A stretch of DNA of 21,087 nucleotides, from assembly GCA_033442325.1 (NCBI GenBank), contig JAWQFM010000033.1:646710-667796 (forward strand), in the 5' to 3' direction. The notes under the pieces are model-generated. The model had not been told where the DNA came from, searched no databases, and worked only from the letters and a program-made list of their open reading frames with translations. Of this stretch, positions 11,088-21,087 are shown piece by piece. Each line of letters starts with the position of its first letter. Positions within the stretch are counted from its first letter, which is position 1. The translations under genes and the position numbers were made by a program. This stretch comes from Salpingoeca rosetta (lineage: Eukaryota; Protista; Choanoflagellata).

Positions 11088-11333
11088 ATCTGAGCTTTTT
11101 TTCATCCACCACACAATCACCAACACAATCACCAACACAATCACGAACACTAACCCACCACTTGCGCCAGGGACCTTCACCACGCAAACGAACCACCAGA
11201 ATGCCGTGTGCGGTGCCGCGAGGACGTGTGTTACCGGAACATATATCCTACACGATGCCACGCCTACCACAGACCGCGAGTGTGAGCCGTGTGTCCCCGG
11301 CACATATCAAGACACGCCAAACAAGTTTGGTGC

Positions 11334-11419
<86 letters not shown>

Positions 11420-11852
11420 TTTGGGTGATATGTGTTTCACGCTTCTCTATGGTTGTTCGTCAGCTTTTTTTGCCGTGCACATAGTCGTCAACACAGCGCA
11501 CGCCATCCGCATCTTGTTTTAAACATCTTGCTTGCCAACACTCTGCACACCGTTGCTGACCTCCACACCCCGCTTTGTTCGCGTGCCGTCCTGCTGTTTG
11601 ACGTCGATCAGCATGCCTGGAGTGGTCGCCGTGTGGGCGTGGTACATATTGGCAGGCTGGGTCAGCCAGTCATGACGCAACCTGCCCTCCATGCCCAGCA
11701 GGTGGTATAGAGAGTGTGTGTGCGTGTGCGTGTGTGTGCGTGCGTGTGTGTTTGCCGCATGAACTACACTGCGTTTTTTGATGTCCTCGTATTTTCGCTC
11801 ACTCATGCAAGCAATGACACACACACATACATACACACACATACACACGCAC

Positions 11853-11912
<60 letters not shown>

Positions 11913-13280
11913 GGCGCGCTTCCACCACCACCAACATCACCACCACCACCACCACCACCACCACCAGGCACGTACCAGGATGCTTCGTCCCATCGCTCGG
12001 AGACGTGCAAACCGTCAACGGCATCGTGTGCACCCGGCATGTTCGTCGCCGCTGCGCCAACGACCAGCGCCGATCGCCTGTGTCAGCTGTGCTCGCCAGG
12101 GACATACCAAGAGCTTGAGAACCAGCTATCGTGCAAGCAATGCCCGGCTGGCACGGTGCTTGCGTCGTCGGGTGCAACACAGATTGCAGACTGCGCAGAC
12201 TGCCTTGCTGGGACTTACCAAAGGTCAGGCGATCATGTCTCGTGTCATGAGTGCGACCCTGGGTCGGCGCAAAAGGATGAACGGCAGTCCTTCTGCGATC
12301 CATGCTACTATGGGGAATACCAGGACGAGTACGCACAGATTGCCTGCAAGCAATGCGAAGCAGGCACGTTTGCGAACGACTTGGGCTTCCTTGAATGCAC
12401 GCCATGCACGCCGTGCCCGCAAGGCCAGGTTGAACTGGTGGCATGCACCAGCACGCACGACAGGCAGTGTGGCACAACAACGACAACCACAACAACCACA
12501 ACGACCACAACCACAACGTCAACAACGACAACGACCACAACGACAACGACCACAACGACAGCATCAACAACGCCGATTGTACCCGGCACCCCGCCCCAGC
12601 TCACACCATCGACAGCTACAGCAGGTGCAGGAAGCACAACCAACAACAGCGGCGGTGATGGCGATGGTGGTGATGGTGGTGGTGGGGGATCGTCTTCAGG
12701 GATGACAGCAGGCACCACAACCACCACAACATCTGTCGGTGCTGGCGGGACCAACGAGAGCACGAACGACGGTGCTGCTGCTAGCGACACCCTCACCATC
12801 ATCCTCGCCGCTGTAGGGGCCGCTATTGCCGTCATTGCGCTAGTGGTGGTGGCGATGATGCTTGCTCGTCGGCGCACCCGCAACAGCAGCAACAGCAGCA
12901 GCAGCGGTGGTGGTGGTGGTGGTGGTGGGCGATCCAGCAAGGTTGGCGTGGCAACAGCAGCAGCATCATCCACAGCGGCAGTGGCAGCTGGCGGGAAGCG
13001 ACGGCGGCACCGCCACGCCCTGCCGCCCGTACACAATGAACCGTTTGGCTCGCCACTGCATGTGGTCGCGGGGATGGAGGCGAACCCTCTATATGTTGGC
13101 AGGGGTGGTACTGGCAACATGGTGCCCAACGCCATGTACGAGGCGTTTTCGGGTCCCTCTGCCCTATCGCTGGCACACCCACCGGTATATGCCACACCAG
13201 CAACATCGGCGACAGCGACAACAGCACCAACAGCGTATCATCCCTCCACCCCAAATGCCCTCTACGAGTCAACTACCTAA
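7647..13280 (+). CDS. Type I transmembrane receptor-like protein: signal peptide, tandem TNFR-like/ephrin-receptor-like (GCC2/3) Cys-rich repeats, Thr-rich stalk, TM helix, non-catalytic Tyr-motif tail; ~866 aa
   Basis: Exons 7647-7884, 8188-8274, 8451-8540, 8903-9061, 9408-9497, 9755-9913, 10238-10327, 10533-10568, 10824-10913, 11171-11329, 11612-11701, 11968-13280 (2601 nt, all GT-AG). Hydrophobic leader LLFLLLLVVVVVGCC..VEA|AP. Repeats CxxWxxCxxG...G[ST]xxxDxxCxxCxxGTYQ. TM LTIILAAVGAAIAVIALVVVAMML followed by ARRR (~12792-12875). An in-frame upstream ATG at 7587 is an alternative start. Confidence 0.88.
9083..9261 (+). repeat. Compound (GAGT)n/(GT)n intronic microsatellite
   Basis: gtgagtgagtgagt blocks alternating with gtgtgt in intron 4 of the receptor gene. 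Confidence 0.95.
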
Positions 13281-13518
13281 CCAACACGTTATGTTGGTGG
13301 TGACGTGAGACGTGAGCCCTCGCTCGCTCGTTTGGCGAGAGCGGCTTGTTCGTCCGCTGTGGTCGCTTGCCTCATTTTCGCTGATGGCTTCAATTGAGTT
13401 ATTTTCTACATTGTTGGTTTATGTGTAAATGATACTTTTGTTCATTCTCATTGTATGTCAGCACTTTCCTGTGCAGCCAAGGAAAAACGGCCGAGCCAAC
13501 ACACAATACAGAGCGAAG

Positions 13519-13653
<135 letters not shown>

Positions 13654-13662
13654 TAAACCACT

Positions 13663-18637
<4,975 letters not shown>

Positions 18638-18716
18638 GTAAGCCCAGCTGGTTTCGATAATTGTGGTTGAGTTACGAAGTGTGGGCTGATAATCAAGGAA
18701 GAAACCCCACTACCCC

Positions 18717-18808
<92 letters not shown>

Positions 18809-19680
18809 NNNNNNNNNNNNNNNNNNNNNNNNNNNNNNNNNNNNNNNNNNNNNNNNNNNNNNNNNNNNNNNNNNNNNNNNNNNNNNNNNNNNNNNNNNNN
18901 NNNNNNNNNNNNNNNNNNNNNNNNNNNNNNNNNNNNNNNNNNNNNNNNNNNNNNNNNNNNNNNNNNNNNNNNNNNNNNNNNNNNNNNNNNNNNNNNNNNN
19001 NNNNNNNNNNNNNNNNNNNNNNNNNNNNNNNNNNNNNNNNNNNNNNNNNNNNNNNNNNNNNNNNNNNNNNNNNNNNNNNNNNNNNNNNNNNNNNNNNNNN
19101 NNNNNNNNNNNNNNNNNNNNNNNNNNNNNNNNNNNNNNNNNNNNNNNNNNNNNNNNNNNNNNNNNNNNNNNNNNNNNNNNNNNNNNNNNNNNNNNNNNNN
19201 NNNNNNNNNNNNNNNNNNNNNNNNNNNNNNNNNNNNNNNNNNNNNNNNNNNNNNNNNNNNNNNNNNNNNNNNNNNNNNNNNNNNNNNNNNNNNNNNNNNN
19301 NNNNNNNNNNNNNNNNNNNNNNNNNNNNNNNNNNNNNNNNNNNNNNNNNNNNNNNNNNNNNNNNNNNNNNNNNNNNNNNNNNNNNNNNNNNNNNNNNNNN
19401 NNNNNNNNNNNNNNNNNNNNNNNNNNNNNNNNNNNNNNNNNNNNNNNNNNNNNNNNNNNNNNNNNNNNNNNNNNNNNNNNNNNNNNNNNNNNNNNNNNNN
19501 NNNNNNNNNNNNNNNNNNNNNNNNNNNNNNNNNNNNNNNNNNNNNNNNNNNNNNNNNNNNNNNNNNNNNNNNNNNNNNNNNNNNNNNNNNNNNNNNNNNN
19601 NNNNNNNNNNNNNNNNNNNNNNNNNNNNNNNNNNNNNNNNNNNNNNNNNNNNNNNNNNNNNNNNNNNNNNNNNNNNNNNN
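18809..19680. other. Assembly gap (872 N) flanked by (CA)n on both sides
   Basis: N run; CA tracts at 18721-18808 and 19681-19763. Confidence 0.99.
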
Positions 19681-19714
<34 letters not shown>

Positions 19715-19763
19715 CACACACACACACACAAACACAGAAACACACACACACACACACACACAC

Positions 19764-21004
19764 CGTGAGCAAGCGGCGGCGGCGCCAGACGTGCGAGTAC
19801 TTGAACACGAGACACGTCAGATGGTGATAAATCTCTTGCAGGCGCTCTGTCGGAAAATCGGAAGTTGCATCCACCACACACATGCACGACGACATCACGT
19901 CGTCGCGCGTGATGTCAAGCTCATGAACATCATCGCTGCCATCATCATCGTCGTTTCCGTCATCATCGTCGCGATTGTCAGCTGTTGTATCTATGTTTGT
20001 CGAAGGTGCTGTCTTGTTGGGCGGCACACTGAGCAGTGCCTGGTGCTGATCGTCACTCACAGTCACGCCGCCTGTATCATCACCAGCATCGTTACTCGTC
20101 GCCGTGCTGGTGTCATCGGCCTGGTGTCCGCTCGTGTCGGCTGCAGCCGTCACACCACCACTATCGCCGTTGCTACGTGGCACTGCCGCGCGTTCCTCGT
20201 GTCGATGGTCGCCACCGTCGTGCTTGCCGTCGTGATTGCCGTCTGTACCGTGGTCCTCTCGGTCCATGTCCGCCTCCCCCTTGTCACCATCGCCACCAGC
20301 AGCATCACCATCATCGTTTGTCTCGTCCATTGCATCGCCATCACCGCTGCTGCTGCTGCTGCTTCCTTGCTTGCGTTTCAGCGCAACTTCACCACCACCG
20401 TTCACGGCATCCGCATCCGCGTTGCCACCATCACTCACTGCTGCTGCTGCTGCTGCTGTTGTTGTTGTTGTTGTTGGTACAGTCGTGTCGCCGTTGCTTG
20501 CAAGCACGGAGGTGCCATCATCGTAATCGTCGTCGTCATCATCATCAGCAGCTTCTTCCGTGTAAGTGTTCTCCGCATCAGCTTGCCGTGCCGTGGTCTG
20601 TGCAGTTCCAGCATCACCGTCACCACCATCACCATCATCGTCACAATCATCATCGGAGGTGTGCATGGTGTGTCGAGTGGTTGATGCTGCTGACGGTGTC
20701 GTCCCGCGCAACCGCGACGACCGCCGCACACCAGATACTGCACTCGCGGTGATTTGTGTTGTGTGTGTATTGCGTATTGTGGATGTGTGTGTGTATTGTG
20801 GATGTGTGTGTATTGTGGATGTGTGTGTGCGTTGTTAGTTGGTTGTTGTTGTGTGAGCCGCAAGAAAACTGTTTTGGTTTCCGTGCAATAAGCGTGCAAT
20901 CTGCACACCACATTCGTGCTTGCATGCAACATTGCCTGAATTGACTTACGGTGTTGTTCAGCCTGATCGCGATCACGTCTGCTTTGCACAATCTCGCGGC
21001 ACTC
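19764..21004 (-). CDS. ATAD2: ATAD2/ATAD2B/Yta7-like AAA+ bromodomain protein, C-terminal exons only
   Basis: Exons 21004-20950 (ECREIVQSRRDRDQAEQH, resembling the recalled post-bromodomain CEEIQESRKKR) and 20737-19764 (RRSSRLRG, a long acidic D/G/T linker, then VVDATSDFPTERLQEIYHHLTCLVFKYSHVWRRRRLLT, resembling the ATAD2 C-terminal helical domain). ATPase and bromodomain would lie beyond the right edge; the last exon is probably in the gap. Confidence 0.68.
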
Positions 21005-21005
21005 C

Positions 21006-21023
21006 TGCATGCATGCATGCATG

Positions 21024-21087
<64 letters not shown>
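21006..21087. repeat. (TGCA)5 followed by (GT)n to window end
   Basis: Seen directly; intronic in the ATAD2-like gene. Confidence 0.9.

Noticed and set aside
11778-11967. Poly-Pro/HT N-terminus of ORF 11778..13280
   Set aside because: Intron 11 sequence upstream of the acceptor at 11967.
7647-13280. Calling the receptor a true TNFR-superfamily orthologue or a receptor tyrosine kinase
   Set aside because: No death domain or kinase domain before the stop at 13280; only the repeat pattern is TNFR-like.
18661-19887. ORFs of 349-389 aa and the X-containing tail of the 678-aa ORF
   Set aside because: Artefacts of translating through the N gap.

Overview
Intron-rich eukaryotic genomic DNA packed with (CA)/(GT), CAA, CAC and GTT microsatellites. 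The gene density, short introns and poly-Q/H/T/G/D insertions suggest a choanoflagellate such as Salpingoeca rosetta (inference). Most supplied ORFs (HTHT/VCVC/poly-L) are microsatellite artefacts. Manual GT-AG splicing gives six genes: (1) mitochondrial dicarboxylate carrier SLC25A10-like (-, 5' part, runs off the left edge); (2) LAMTOR2-like roadblock protein (+, 5 exons, 132 aa); (3) LRRC58-like LRR/BC-box protein with a ~470-aa low-complexity N-extension (-, 5 exons, ~819 aa); (4) a kinase-less type I membrane receptor with TNFR-like Cys repeats, a Thr-rich stalk and Tyr-motif tail (+, 12 exons, all introns phase 1, ~866 aa); (5) WDR47-like LisH/CTLH-WD40 protein (+, 10 exons visible, end in the gap); (6) 3' part of an ATAD2/Yta7-like gene (-). 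An 872-nt N gap lies at 18809-19680. Family calls rest on recalled motif similarity, not database searches. The most interesting signals are the exon-duplicated TNFR-like receptor with NPxY-type motifs, a putative pre-metazoan LRRC58 ligase adaptor, and a 5'-GT-rich/3'-CA-rich intron polarity that may let introns fold back in place of polypyrimidine tracts.
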